A stretch of DNA of 64,000 nucleotides from an uncultured Clostridia bacterium (GCA_944354125.1 CALVPT010000010.1:11543-75542); one strand, 5' to 3'. Numbered from the stretch's first letter, positions 53,612-63,415 are shown. The notes: generated by a model not told the origin, from the sequence alone. Numbers and translations: made by a program.

Positions 53612-56600
53612 ATGAAAATCACGAACAAGACAAAAAATGTCGCGCGCGGTCTGACGGGTATATTTGCCGGGCTGTTGGCATTTTCAATCGGAACGACTTC
53701 GGTAGTGAATACCTATCGTTCCTGGATCAATACTCAGCTCGGAACTAAAAACAGTATAACTGTTAACGGCGAGGTTGACCCCAACGAGGACCTCTACAAT
53801 TACAGAGTAAAGAGCGTAGAGGAAACGGGTTATGACCTCACCACCACCAAGGGCGTCTATGACTACCAGAAGGCAGCGGCAATAGAGATTGCAAGCGAGG
53901 GCATCGTGCTTTTGAAAAATAACCAATCTCTTCCCCTTGCAAAGAACAGCGACGTAACTCTTCTCGGCACGGCGGCATACAGCGTATGGCACGGCGGCAC
54001 GATGGGTTCAATGCCCGTAACCAGCGAAAAGATTTCCTTTGTGGATGCCCTTTCCGACCAGGGCATGAAGGTAGACCCTGCGGCTAAGGCTGCCTATGAA
54101 AAGGCTCCCGGCTATGGCGAAACCGTAACAGAAAACCCTTGGGGCGGTACTTCCGTCAGCTCAAATCTTTCCAGCCTTTCAAGCGGCAAGTTCACTCTCA
54201 ACGAATCTTCTCCCGCAGACGTAGGACTTGCAGACAAGAGCGCAAAAGGCGGTACGGCAATAATCGTCCTTGCAAGGCAGGGCGGTGAAAACGGCTACTA
54301 TCTCCCCGGCGAGGAGGGCAAGGCGGTAGAGGGTCAGTTCGATGCAGACCACGACGTTCTCGGCCTTTCCGTAAAGGAGATGGAGACGATAAAGTATGCA
54401 AACAAGAACTATGACAACGTTGTCGTAATCGTCAACTCCGACTCTGCTATGGACATCCCCGAACTCTTCGAAGAGGGCGGCGAGTACGAGGTTGACTCGG
54501 TTGTATGGGCAGGCCTTCCCGGAACTTATGGCTGGGTAGCCGTTGCTCAGGTGCTCGACGGCACGGTAAATCCCTCGGGTGCAATGGTCGATACATATGC
54601 CGCAAAGTCCAGCGTAAACGCTGCTAACCAGAACTATGGCGTGTTCACCTTCGCAAATGCCGATACTGAAAACGTGAACAACGAAAAGAGCTCTTGGTAT
54701 ATGCCCGAAACCGAAGGCATCTACGTCGGCTACAGATACTATGAATCGCGCTACTATGACTGCGTAATGGATCAGGGCAATGCGTCAATCGCTCATAAGG
54801 GCGAAAATCAGGATACGGCAAAGTCTACGGCTACCGAGTGGAACTATTCGGACGAAGTCGTTGCAAGCTTCGGCTACGGCCTTTCCTATACGACCTTCTC
54901 CGAGACAATCAACAGCGTCAATGTCGATTTCAACGCTAAGACCGTAACTGCAGAAGTTACCGTACAGAATACGGGCGAGGTTGCAGGCAAGCACGCCGTT
55001 CAGCTCTATGTCAGCGTTCCTTACACCGACTATGACAAGGAGCACGGCATCGAAAAGTCGGCAATTCAGCTCATCGGCTACGAAAAGACGGGGCTTCTCG
55101 AAAAGGGTAAGAGCGAGACGGTCACCGTCACGGCTGACTTCCAGTACTTCGCATCCTATGACAGCGAATTCGAACATCACAACACCAAGGGCGCATATGT
55201 GCTCGATGAGGGCAACTATGTCTTCTCCGTAGGCAACGGCGCACACGACGCGCTCAACAACGTGCTCGCATCTCAGGGCAAGGGCGTTTCGGACGGAATG
55301 GACTATGCAGGCGATGCGGCTAAGGCAGTTTCCAAAGAGTTCGGTTTTGTCGAAATGCTCTATTCCGAGAGCGGCGAAGTTATAGAAAACCAGCTTCAGG
55401 ACATGGAGCTCGACAACTTCGAAGAGAACATTGTCGAACTTTCCCGTTCGGACTGGAATGCAACCTGGCCCAAGACCTATGACAATCTCAGCTCAACGGC
55501 TGCAATGGAGCCCGGACTCAACTGCCAGGTATATGAAGTTCACGAGACGGATAACGGCGGCAAGGAAGTTATCTGGGGTGCTGATACCGATTACACATTC
55601 TTCTCGTGCAAGCCTGAAAAGGGTGAGTGGATAGAATATGATGACGAGCGCCTTATAAACCTCATACAGCAGGTAACGCTTGAAGAGGCTATCGCAGCCG
55701 TCACTCAGTGCGGCGGTCAGGACTGGGATGAGTTGCCCTCGATTGAGAGCCCTAAGATCAAGACTACAGACGGCCCTGTAGGCTATGATGCAGAAAGAGG
55801 CATGCTCAGCATTGACTGGAACGACAACAATGACGAATATGACTGCCCCGATGACGACCCTTACGGTCAGATTGAAATGCGTCCTCTTCCCACTATGCCC
55901 GTAATAGGCGCAACCTTCAGCCACGAAATGGCAGAAAAGTCGGGCGAAGTGCTCTCCATGCTCGCGCTCTGGTCGGGCGTTGCAGAGGTATGGGGCCCCG
56001 GCGTCAACATTCACAGAACGGCATACAATGCGCGTAACCACGAGTACTATTCCGAAGATCCCGTTCACCTTGCAAACATGGCAAACGACTTCGCAACCGA
56101 AGCCCAGAAGAACGGTCTTGTAACCTGCCTCAAGCACTTTGCGTTCAACGATACCGAAGCCAACAGGTCGGGCGTTGCTCCTTTCATGAGCGAGCAGAGG
56201 GCAAGAGAGCTTGACTTAAGGGCATTCCAGCTTGCAATCGAAAACGAGACGGCCCTTGCAGTCATGACAGGTTTCAACCGCGCAGGTTCAACTTTCTCCA
56301 GCGCACACAAGGGTCTCATAACGGGCATTCTCCGCGAAGAGTGGGATTTCAACGGCTTCTGCCTTACGGATATGGTAAGCCCTGCTTACTACATGAATCC
56401 CCGTGATGCCATTGCGGCAGGTACCGACGGCATGCTTACTTCTTCCAGCGCGAACAACATCAACAACAATATCAACGGCTGGGGCGAGTTCACTCCCGAA
56501 GGCCTTGCAGATGATATGGATATGCAGCAGAGGATTCAGGATGCCGTACATCGCGCACTCTACATCTTCATCAACTCCAACGTAACCAACGGCTCTGCAA

Positions 56601-56755
56601 GAACGGCTTACAATAAGTGGGTTCTTACCTGGTACGACGGCGTTCTCATTGCGGCAACGACTGTGACGGCAGTTCTGACTGCAGTCTCTGCGGCAGGCTA
56701 TGTGACCACCAAGGTATTGCTCAAGAAGAACGAAAATAACGCAGAGGAGGCATAA
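53612..56755 (+). CDS. glycoside hydrolase family 3, domain-permuted, with N- and C-terminal TM helices
   Basis: N-terminal helix is LTGIFAGLLAFSIGTTSVV. Motifs IVLLKNNQSLPL and FGYGLSYTTF are followed by GPGVNIHRTAYNARNHEYYSEDP, KHFAFNDTE and GFCLTDM. C-terminal helix is VLIAATTVTAVLTAVSAAGYV. Confidence 0.85.
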   Translation: MKITNKTKNVARGLTGIFAGLLAFSIGTTSVVNTYRSWINTQLGTKNSITVNGEVDPNEDLYNYRVKSVEETGYDLTTTKGVYDYQKAAAIEIASEGIVLLKNNQSLPLAKNSDVTLLGTAAYSVWHGGTMGSMPVTSEKISFVDALSDQGMKVDPAAKAAYEKAPGYGETVTENPWGGTSVSSNLSSLSSGKFTLNESSPADVGLADKSAKGGTAIIVLARQGGENGYYLPGEEGKAVEGQFDADHDVLGLSVKEMETIKYANKNYDNVVVIVNSDSAMDIPELFEEGGEYEVDSVVWAGLPGTYGWVAVAQVLDGTVNPSGAMVDTYAAKSSVNAANQNYGVFTFANADTENVNNEKSSWYMPETEGIYVGYRYYESRYYDCVMDQGNASIAHKGENQDTAKSTATEWNYSDEVVASFGYGLSYTTFSETINSVNVDFNAKTVTAEVTVQNTGEVAGKHAVQLYVSVPYTDYDKEHGIEKSAIQLIGYEKTGLLEKGKSETVTVTADFQYFASYDSEFEHHNTKGAYVLDEGNYVFSVGNGAHDALNNVLASQGKGVSDGMDYAGDAAKAVSKEFGFVEMLYSESGEVIENQLQDMELDNFEENIVELSRSDWNATWPKTYDNLSSTAAMEPGLNCQVYEVHETDNGGKEVIWGADTDYTFFSCKPEKGEWIEYDDERLINLIQQVTLEEAIAAVTQCGGQDWDELPSIESPKIKTTDGPVGYDAERGMLSIDWNDNNDEYDCPDDDPYGQIEMRPLPTMPVIGATFSHEMAEKSGEVLSMLALWSGVAEVWGPGVNIHRTAYNARNHEYYSEDPVHLANMANDFATEAQKNGLVTCLKHFAFNDTEANRSGVAPFMSEQRARELDLRAFQLAIENETALAVMTGFNRAGSTFSSAHKGLITGILREEWDFNGFCLTDMVSPAYYMNPRDAIAAGTDGMLTSSSANNINNNINGWGEFTPEGLADDMDMQQRIQDAVHRALYIFINSNVTNGSARTAYNKWVLTWYDGVLIAATTVTAVLTAVSAAGYVTTKVLLKKNENNAEEA

Positions 56756-56756
56756 A

Positions 56757-57233
56757 ATGAAACTTAAATTAAACTTAACGTCAATCGGCGCCGCAGTCGT
56801 ATGCGTGCTTACGATAGTTGCAATTATCCTCTTTTCGGCAGCCTATAACAGCTGCTACGGATATTTCGAGATGCAGTATCCCTCGCTCCCCTACGTCATT
56901 GCGTTCGGCATAATCACAATTCTCCTTTCGGTTGCGGTTATCGTCCTTCCCATGCTCGAGATTGAGGGAACGGCAAAGAAGACAGTTTCCATAGTAGTCG
57001 ACGTATGCGTGGTTGCAGTCTGCGTATTCGCCTGCATAACGGGCGTATATGCCGCCAAGGCTTCCGTATACGAGATGGCTCTCACCTGGGCATCCGAACT
57101 TCACTCCAACGAGCCCTATATGATAGCGGCTTGCCAGAACGCGCTGATTTCCATAATTCTCAGCGTAGTCGGAATGCTCGTAATGGGCGTGACTGCATGC
57201 ATATCGCTCAAAGTTGCAGGCAAGAAGGGATAA
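56757..57233 (+). CDS. small 4-TM membrane protein, translationally coupled to the GH3 gene
   Basis: The ATG is 1 nt after the GH3 stop. Four hydrophobic helices are present. No family recognised. Confidence 0.6.
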   Translation: MKLKLNLTSIGAAVVCVLTIVAIILFSAAYNSCYGYFEMQYPSLPYVIAFGIITILLSVAVIVLPMLEIEGTAKKTVSIVVDVCVVAVCVFACITGVYAAKASVYEMALTWASELHSNEPYMIAACQNALISIILSVVGMLVMGVTACISLKVAGKKG

Positions 57234-57386
57234 GTAATTTTCCTCAGAATATTTTCTCCTTAAAGAAAGGTGGCCGATTTCATCGGTCACCTTTTTTGCG
57301 GGAGATATGTCATTATTTCATAAAATTATTGACAAATAATTGCCCTCGGGTGGCAATAGTTGTATTATATTTACGGAGGAACTCTG

Positions 57387-58685
57387 ATGAAAAGGCTCCG
57401 CGATTATTTCAAAAGCAAAAAACTCACGGATATATTTAACCTTGCCGTTGCGGTCGCCGTGACGGTCACGGCATTTATCTGCGCCTGCAGGTACGTTGCG
57501 TTTGGCGACATAGTCCTCGGCATATCTATGACCATGATATGCGTGCTGTTTGCGCTCGTCTCGTCTGCGGCATATTCAATGCGCCTGCCCGTACTCAACA
57601 TAGCTGTCGGCGTCGGCGGAATTGTAATGCACACGCTGACAAACTATTCGGGCATAATGTTCGGCGAATATGTCGCCGTTGCCGTGCTCGGAACAGGCGG
57701 CGGCTTTGCGACAACAATCTTGCAGATAGTCGGGAAACAGCCGCCCGTAAAGGCTTTTACCTCGTCGCTCGCCGTCGCGATAGCCATATTTATCTTCGGC
57801 GGAGTCGTCTGCGCGTCCTATATCTCCGCGGCAAGGGGGAGGGAGTACGCCGCCGACGAACTTTGGGCGGTGCCCGAAAAGTATGACGGCGTCGAATGCC
57901 CCGAAAAGGGCACGCTCGAAAGGGTGGAATATGCAACTAAGGCATACGCCACCGACGGCCGCGCGGTCACAAAGGGCGCATACGTATATCTGCCTTACGG
58001 CTATGACGAGTCCCGAGAGTACGACATTTTATATCTCATGCACGGCACGGGCGACGACGAGGCGTACTGGCTGGAGGAATACTCATACAATAAGACGATG
58101 GTCGACAATCTCATATATTACGGCGATATACGGCCGCTCATAATCGTCACGCCGACGTTCTATACGGAGGACGACTGCGCCGACAATCTGGATGAGCTTA
58201 CATATTCTTTCAGGGACGAGCTGAGGCTCGATCTGATGCCGTATATCGAGAGCAGATATTCGACCTATGCGCAAACCGCCGACGACGTCGGGTTCGAGGC
58301 GAGCCGCGACCACCGCGCGTTTGCAGGCCTTTCCAGGGGTGCCGTGACGATGTTCCATTCGGCGATGTGCGAAAGTTTAGACTATTTCTCGTGGTTCGGC
58401 GCCTTTTCCGGCAGCAGGACGACCAGGGAGGAGTTCGTCTCTTCCCTGCAGTCGGAGGAATTTGCCGACTACGACATAAACTATCTCTACGTTACGGGCG
58501 GCGCGTTCGACTTTGCCCTGCCCTCACAGATAAGAGATTACAGACAGCTGCTGTCCGCGGAGGACAGACTTACGGAGGGCGTGAACACGTCGTTTGTCAG
58601 CCTGCCCGTTCAGCGGCACGCCATGGGCAACTGGCACATAAACCTGTATAATTTCCTGCAGAAGATATTCATATACGCTGGTTAA
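57387..58685 (+). CDS. esterase (alpha/beta hydrolase, putative-esterase/feruloyl- or acetyl-esterase type) fused to an N-terminal polytopic membrane domain
   Basis: About 5 TM helices occupy the first 150 aa. These are followed by YVYLPYGYDESREYDILYLMHGTGDDEAYW and a nucleophile elbow GLSRG. GGAGGA ribosome binding site before ATG 57387. Confidence 0.75.
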   Translation: MKRLRDYFKSKKLTDIFNLAVAVAVTVTAFICACRYVAFGDIVLGISMTMICVLFALVSSAAYSMRLPVLNIAVGVGGIVMHTLTNYSGIMFGEYVAVAVLGTGGGFATTILQIVGKQPPVKAFTSSLAVAIAIFIFGGVVCASYISAARGREYAADELWAVPEKYDGVECPEKGTLERVEYATKAYATDGRAVTKGAYVYLPYGYDESREYDILYLMHGTGDDEAYWLEEYSYNKTMVDNLIYYGDIRPLIIVTPTFYTEDDCADNLDELTYSFRDELRLDLMPYIESRYSTYAQTADDVGFEASRDHRAFAGLSRGAVTMFHSAMCESLDYFSWFGAFSGSRTTREEFVSSLQSEEFADYDINYLYVTGGAFDFALPSQIRDYRQLLSAEDRLTEGVNTSFVSLPVQRHAMGNWHINLYNFLQKIFIYAG

Positions 58686-58698
58686 AGGCAGAAAAAAG

Positions 58699-58731
58699 GC
58701 GCAGGGCGAAAGTTTTTCTTTCGCCCTGCGC
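58699..58731. terminator. bidirectional terminator between the esterase and the convergent GH2 gene
   Basis: GCGCAGGGCGAAAG pairs with CTTTCGCCCTGCGC. It has an A-run before and a T-rich loop. Confidence 0.7.
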
Positions 58732-58763
58732 ACAGTCGTTTTTAAAGGTTGAATGCAGGAGGG

Positions 58764-60683
58764 CTATTTTTCCCAGGAAATGTTGTTGGACGCAACTTTC
58801 AGCCTGTATTCGGGGTCTGCCTTTCTTACGCGCACAAACTGGCACTCGTCGCTAAAATCTCCGGCACGTGCCTGAATTTTGTTGACTTTTTGAAGTTTTA
58901 TTCTGAACAGGAATATCCTGCCGTCCTTTGTTTTGCCCTTAACCTGTCGGCCGTTATTGGTCAGCAATACTTCGCCGGCATTGGAATACACCTTGATTTT
59001 AGCCGTCTTGCCCTCGCGGTTTTTGTACCGCTTGCCGCATATGTGCACGAACTTGTCGCTGCTCCAGAATGCCTTATAAAGGTAGTAGGCGTCCTTTTTA
59101 ATCTGTCGGTCAAAGGTCACAAGCCCCTTGTGATTTTTGCCCGGGTCGCCGCCCTGATTTCTTCCGTCGGCGCCGAAGTCGAACATATTCCATAGGTGCG
59201 TCGCCCAAAGATAGGGGTGTCGGTCGAAAAATCTGAGCATATATTCGTGGTATATCGTCTGATATTCCTCGGTGTTGTCAAATCGTTTCGGCCTTTTTGC
59301 GTGCAGGTTGGTCATGGCCTCAGCGCCGTATTCCGAATAGCCTATGCACCGCTTGGGGTAGAGGAAATGGAAGAGTTTCAGCCATACGTCGTTTAAAAAC
59401 AGTCCCGGGGCGTACCAGCCGAGGTAGAGGTTCCACGATACTACGTCGGTGATGTGCGCCGTCCTGTTCGTGTGCAGGCAGCTTGCAAAGCAGGCAAGCA
59501 CGGTCAGTCGGTCGGGGTCAAGACGGTGACACAGCTCATTCAGCTGTCTGTGCGTATTCAGCATATCCTTTTTGTCCGTCTTCATCATGGTTATCTCGTT
59601 GGATATGCCCCACGCGACTATGCTGGGGTGGTTGTATTGCTGATATATGAGTTCGCTCATCTGGCTTACGGCGTTACTGTCGCCGCCGTTCATATGGCGC
59701 GAGATGTACGGTATTTCCGCCCAGACGACAAGTCCCGCGCGGTCGCACAGGTCATAGAAATAGTCGTCGTGCTGATAGTGCGCCAGCCTGACCGTGTTGG
59801 CGCCTATGTCGAGTATCATCTTCACGTCCTGCTCGTGGTCGGCTCTGGACAGGGCGTTGCCCTTTCCCAATCTGTCCTGGTGTCGGCATACGCCGCGCAA
59901 GGGGTACGACCTGCCGTTGAGCATAAAGCCCTTTTGCGGATCGACGGAAAAACTTCTGAACCCGAAAGAGGAGGATATCTCGTCGCATACCTCGTCGCAG
60001 GCTACAATCTTAGCCGTCGCCCTGTAAAGATACGGGTCTCTAAGACCGTCCCAAAGGCGCACGTTCTTAAGGCGTATCTCTTCGCCGTTCGGCGCGGTCG
60101 CAACTATGCGCCCCTCTCCGTCGTATATGGTTATGTCAACCTGTCCCTCGCCCACATTGTAGGCAGTGACCGTGACTATGCCATCTCTGCCGTCGGTTTT
60201 CGGCACTATTTTAATGGGGTTGCAGCCGAAAAAGTCCAAATCGAAGTGGTTCTTGCCGACGATGATAAAGTTTACGTCGCGGTATATTCCGCCGTAAAAC
60301 GTAAAGTCGGCGCGCTGGGGATATACCCTGTCGTTGACCGAGTTGTCTGCAAGCACTTTGAGCACGTTCCGCTCTCTGAGGTACGGGGTAAGCCTGGCGC
60401 GGAAGGTCGAATATCCTCCGTCGTGCGTCGCCGCAAGGCAATCGTTCAGGTATACCTTTGCGGAGGCGTTTACGCCCTTGAACTCGGCATACAGCTCGTC
60501 CCCGTCGCAGAGCGCAGGCCTGTCGAAAACATATTCGTAGGTGCATTCGCCCCTGTAGTAGTCGTTTCCGCCGTCCTGTCCGTCCTCGGCGTTCCAGGTG
60601 TGCGGAAGATCGACGGCGCTGCGGCTGCCGTCTGCCGAATTTATGAATTGCCAGCCGCTGTCAATGTTAATAATCCTGCGCAT
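58764..60683 (-). CDS. glycoside hydrolase family 2 (beta-galactosidase/beta-glucuronidase-like)
   Basis: N-terminus is DSGWQF...LPHTWN. Acid/base region is WGISNE and nucleophile region is GYSEYGAEA. Confidence 0.85.
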   Translation of the reverse strand: MRRIINIDSGWQFINSADGSRSAVDLPHTWNAEDGQDGGNDYYRGECTYEYVFDRPALCDGDELYAEFKGVNASAKVYLNDCLAATHDGGYSTFRARLTPYLRERNVLKVLADNSVNDRVYPQRADFTFYGGIYRDVNFIIVGKNHFDLDFFGCNPIKIVPKTDGRDGIVTVTAYNVGEGQVDITIYDGEGRIVATAPNGEEIRLKNVRLWDGLRDPYLYRATAKIVACDEVCDEISSSFGFRSFSVDPQKGFMLNGRSYPLRGVCRHQDRLGKGNALSRADHEQDVKMILDIGANTVRLAHYQHDDYFYDLCDRAGLVVWAEIPYISRHMNGGDSNAVSQMSELIYQQYNHPSIVAWGISNEITMMKTDKKDMLNTHRQLNELCHRLDPDRLTVLACFASCLHTNRTAHITDVVSWNLYLGWYAPGLFLNDVWLKLFHFLYPKRCIGYSEYGAEAMTNLHAKRPKRFDNTEEYQTIYHEYMLRFFDRHPYLWATHLWNMFDFGADGRNQGGDPGKNHKGLVTFDRQIKKDAYYLYKAFWSSDKFVHICGKRYKNREGKTAKIKVYSNAGEVLLTNNGRQVKGKTKDGRIFLFRIKLQKVNKIQARAGDFSDECQFVRVRKADPEYRLKVASNNISWEK

Positions 60684-60778
60684 AAGTGTATCGTTACCTT
60701 AAAATAATCTCGTAACACAATTATAACATGCCTGTCCGCCATTGCAATTGCAGATTTTAGCTTAGGATATTGCAATTA

Positions 60779-61174
60779 TTACTGTCTGCCGCCCTTTGGC
60801 GGATGCCCTATAATCTTTGTGTAGTTGCGGTAAAAGGTAGAGTAGTCGTTATATCCGTACCGCTCGGCGAGCTCGGTTAGCTTTACTTCGCCCTCGCATA
60901 TCTCCTTATGCGCGGCGATTATCTTTTTATATTTGACGTACGTCATGAGCGAGGTCTTCATCTCCTTGGCAAACTCGTTGCATATGTAGGATTTTGAGTA
61001 GTGCAGGTCCTCGCATATGTCGTTGAGGTCGAAGGAGGAGCAAAGGTGCTCGTTTATGTAGTCTATTATCTCGGAAATTATGGGCTTTTTGGTTATGTTC
61101 TCCCTGTTCGGCTGCGCTCCGCCGTCGTAGTCCAGGTCTATGAGTATTCTGAGGAGCTGAGACGGCATAAGCAC
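60779..61174 (-). CDS. AraC-family HTH domain only (sensor domain missing; probably a truncated gene)
   Basis: 131 aa consisting of the double HTH (ICEDLHYSKSYICNEF...ELAERYGYNDYSTFYRNY). Its 5' end abuts a truncated uxuA. Confidence 0.6.
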   Translation of the reverse strand: MLMPSQLLRILIDLDYDGGAQPNRENITKKPIISEIIDYINEHLCSSFDLNDICEDLHYSKSYICNEFAKEMKTSLMTYVKYKKIIAAHKEICEGEVKLTELAERYGYNDYSTFYRNYTKIIGHPPKGGRQ

Positions 61175-61188
61175 TCTCTTTTCCTCAC

Positions 61189-62105
61189 ATGAGCGGAGTC
61201 GTCACGGCGGTCTATGACGTCCCCGTCGGCGAGGCGTGGAGCAGTCAGTCTGTCGGACGATTGAAATCGCTCTGCGACTTTCACGGGCTCGCCATGGAAG
61301 TCATAGAGTCCATACCCGTCCACGAGGACATAAAGACGGGCGGAACAGGGCGTGACCGTTACATAGAAAACTATTGCAAAAATATCCGCACGGTCGCCTC
61401 ATACGGAGTCAGGTGCGTGTGCTATAACTTCATGCCCGTATTCGACTGGCTGCGCACGGACATGCATTTCAGGCACGCCGACGGCTCGGACTCGCTGGCC
61501 TACTCGCACGAAGATTTCGCAAAGGTTGACCCTGAAAATCTGCGCCTTCCCGGGTGGGACGAAAGCTATTCTTCAAGCCAGTTGCAGGACCTCTTGAAGA
61601 CGTATTCGCATATTTCTCACGAACAGCTGTTTGAAAACCTCGTCTATTTCCTCGAAAGGGTTATTCCCGTATGCGAGGAGACGGGCGTCAACATGGCAAT
61701 ACATCCCGACGACCCTCCCTGGGACGTATTCGGACTGCCCAGGATAATCAGCAATGAAAAGGATCTGGACAGGCTGTTTGCGGCGGTACCCTCGGTAAGG
61801 AACGGGCTTACGTTGTGCACGGGCTCGCTCGGGGCAGGCAGGCAAAACGACCTGGTGCATATGGCGGCTAAATATGCCTCTCAGGGCAGGGTGCATTTCC
61901 TGCACCTCAGAAACGTGCTGTATACGGACGACAAGGACAGCTTCTGCGAAGTCGGTCACCTTACAAAGGCAGGCAGTCTGAATATGGCTGCCATAGTCAG
62001 GGCGCTCGTCGAAAACGGCTTCGACGGATACGTGCGGCCCGACCACGGCAGGAATATCTGGGACGAAAACGGCAAGCCGGGCTACGGGCTCTACGACAGG
62101 GCGCT
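61189..62105 (+). pseudogene. uxuA: mannonate dehydratase, truncated at both ends
   Basis: Starts at ...GVVTAVYDVPVGEAWS, with about 23 N-terminal residues missing by comparison with E. coli UxuA as recalled. It contains VCYNFMPVFDWLRTD, AIHPDDPPW and RPDHGR. It loses homology after GYGLYDRALGA. Confidence 0.7.
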
Positions 62106-62200
62106 CGGCGCTCTTATTCGTATCAGACAGGGCGGCGGGCTTCATTACGGGCATAGTATTGCCCATAGACGGCGGATTCTCGGCATATTCGGGCGTCTGA
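62099..62200 (+). pseudogene. C-terminal tail of a short-chain dehydrogenase/reductase fused to the uxuA remnant
   Basis: The alternative frame reads ...ALLFVSDRAAGFITGIVLPIDGGFSAYSGV*, the conserved SDR C-terminus. Confidence 0.6.
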
Positions 62201-62460
62201 AAAGATTTATAAGATATTTTTCTCCTGACTCACGCCGATTTTGCAGGCGATTCGGTCGGCAAATCGGCGTGAATTTTCTCGTTTTGCAAGGCGGAAACGC
62301 CTGCAAAATATAATGCTCGGAGTGCGCTCGCGCATCCAATATAATTGCCTGCACAGGGGCAGGACAATATATGTCATCGCCATATTGACATATGAAAATT
62401 TTCTCCCCTTCGGATAGTTTCGGCTAAAAATCGTCGGGACTATCTTTTTTTATAATGTAT

Positions 62461-62485
62461 AAATTTATCGTAATTCGATAAATTT
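62461..62485. promoter_or_regulatory. perfect 10-bp inverted repeat AAATTTATCG-5 nt-CGATAAATTT abutting the -35 box (candidate operator)
   Basis: Arms at 62461-62470 and 62476-62485. The -35 box starts at 62489. Confidence 0.4.
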
Positions 62486-62488
62486 TTA

Positions 62489-62517
62489 TTGACAACACAC
62501 ATTTAATATGTTAAAAT
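62489..62517 (+). promoter_or_regulatory. sigma-70-type promoter TTGACA - 17 nt - TAAAAT
   Basis: Hexamers at 62489-62494 and 62512-62517. An AAGGAGGGG ribosome binding site follows before 62552. Confidence 0.55.
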
Positions 62518-62551
62518 CTGCTCAAGTCAAACAAAAGGAGGGGAATGCAGA

Positions 62552-63415
62552 ATGGATAATGACGGCTCAGGACGGGTCAATGTGCTGATTGCCGTGCTCG
62601 AGGGGATAGTCGGCGCGGTACTTGTCGCCGTCGGGGCGGAAATAATCCGTGAATTCTGCGTCACCGTTCCGTCGGAAAAAGCGGCTATGCTGTCCGTGGC
62701 GGCATGGGTGCTGTTCATAATTTCGGGGTTTATAGTTGCAATTCCTGCAGTCAGCGGTTTTGCCATCGTTTTCAGAAAGGGCGCAAAGAGGGGGCTGGTT
62801 CTCGGCTTTACAGTATTTCTGCTTGCGGCGTGGATATTTCTGCCCCTTTCGCCATATGTCGCGGATATCGGGTACAATCTCTTTTCGGACTACGACAGGC
62901 TGAGCTCTGACAGGGCGGAAGAGTTGGCGGAAAGTTATTGCGGCCTGATATTTGCCTGTGCCGAGGAAAGGGGCGACATTGCAGAGTTGGACGGCGCAGA
63001 CGCCGAGCGGCCGTCGCTCGTCGGCGGAATGGAGATAGACGTTTTATCTTCGGACGGAAAATGCGCGGTTGAGCTTAAGTTTACTTATGACGAGCGTTGG
63101 GACAGGCTGACAGTCGGGGCGGACTTCGAAATACGCACCCGTAAGGGGCAGACGGAGGATATCGCCGACGAACTTGGTCGGGCGCTCGGCTTTTTCAATC
63201 GCGTTGCGCGACGGCCGTATACTGTCGCGGAATGTCTGGACACGGCGGAAAATCAGGCATATGCCGAATACGCGTGGGACGGCTCGGTTTCTCGGCTCAA
63301 CGCCTTTTCTGGTTACGAATATATCCGCGTCAGCGTCTTTGAGGCGTATGACGGCGAGGAGGAATACGATATCTGTTCGTTCGCGTTGCGAGGTTTAGGC
63401 GCAACTGCGCTGTAA
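62552..63415 (+). CDS. hypothetical membrane protein (4 TM N-terminal domain plus acidic soluble C-terminal domain)
   Basis: 287 aa with a good ribosome binding site. No family recognised. Confidence 0.6.
   Translation: MDNDGSGRVNVLIAVLEGIVGAVLVAVGAEIIREFCVTVPSEKAAMLSVAAWVLFIISGFIVAIPAVSGFAIVFRKGAKRGLVLGFTVFLLAAWIFLPLSPYVADIGYNLFSDYDRLSSDRAEELAESYCGLIFACAEERGDIAELDGADAERPSLVGGMEIDVLSSDGKCAVELKFTYDERWDRLTVGADFEIRTRKGQTEDIADELGRALGFFNRVARRPYTVAECLDTAENQAYAEYAWDGSVSRLNAFSGYEYIRVSVFEAYDGEEEYDICSFALRGLGATAL

Noticed and set aside
59454-60707. 417-aa ORF on the + strand (and 58749-59195), opposite the GH2 gene
   Set aside because: It lies entirely antisense to a gene with clear GH2 catalytic motifs. 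Its product is Val/Arg/Ala-rich with no recognisable domain, as is typical of shadow ORFs in GC-rich coding DNA.
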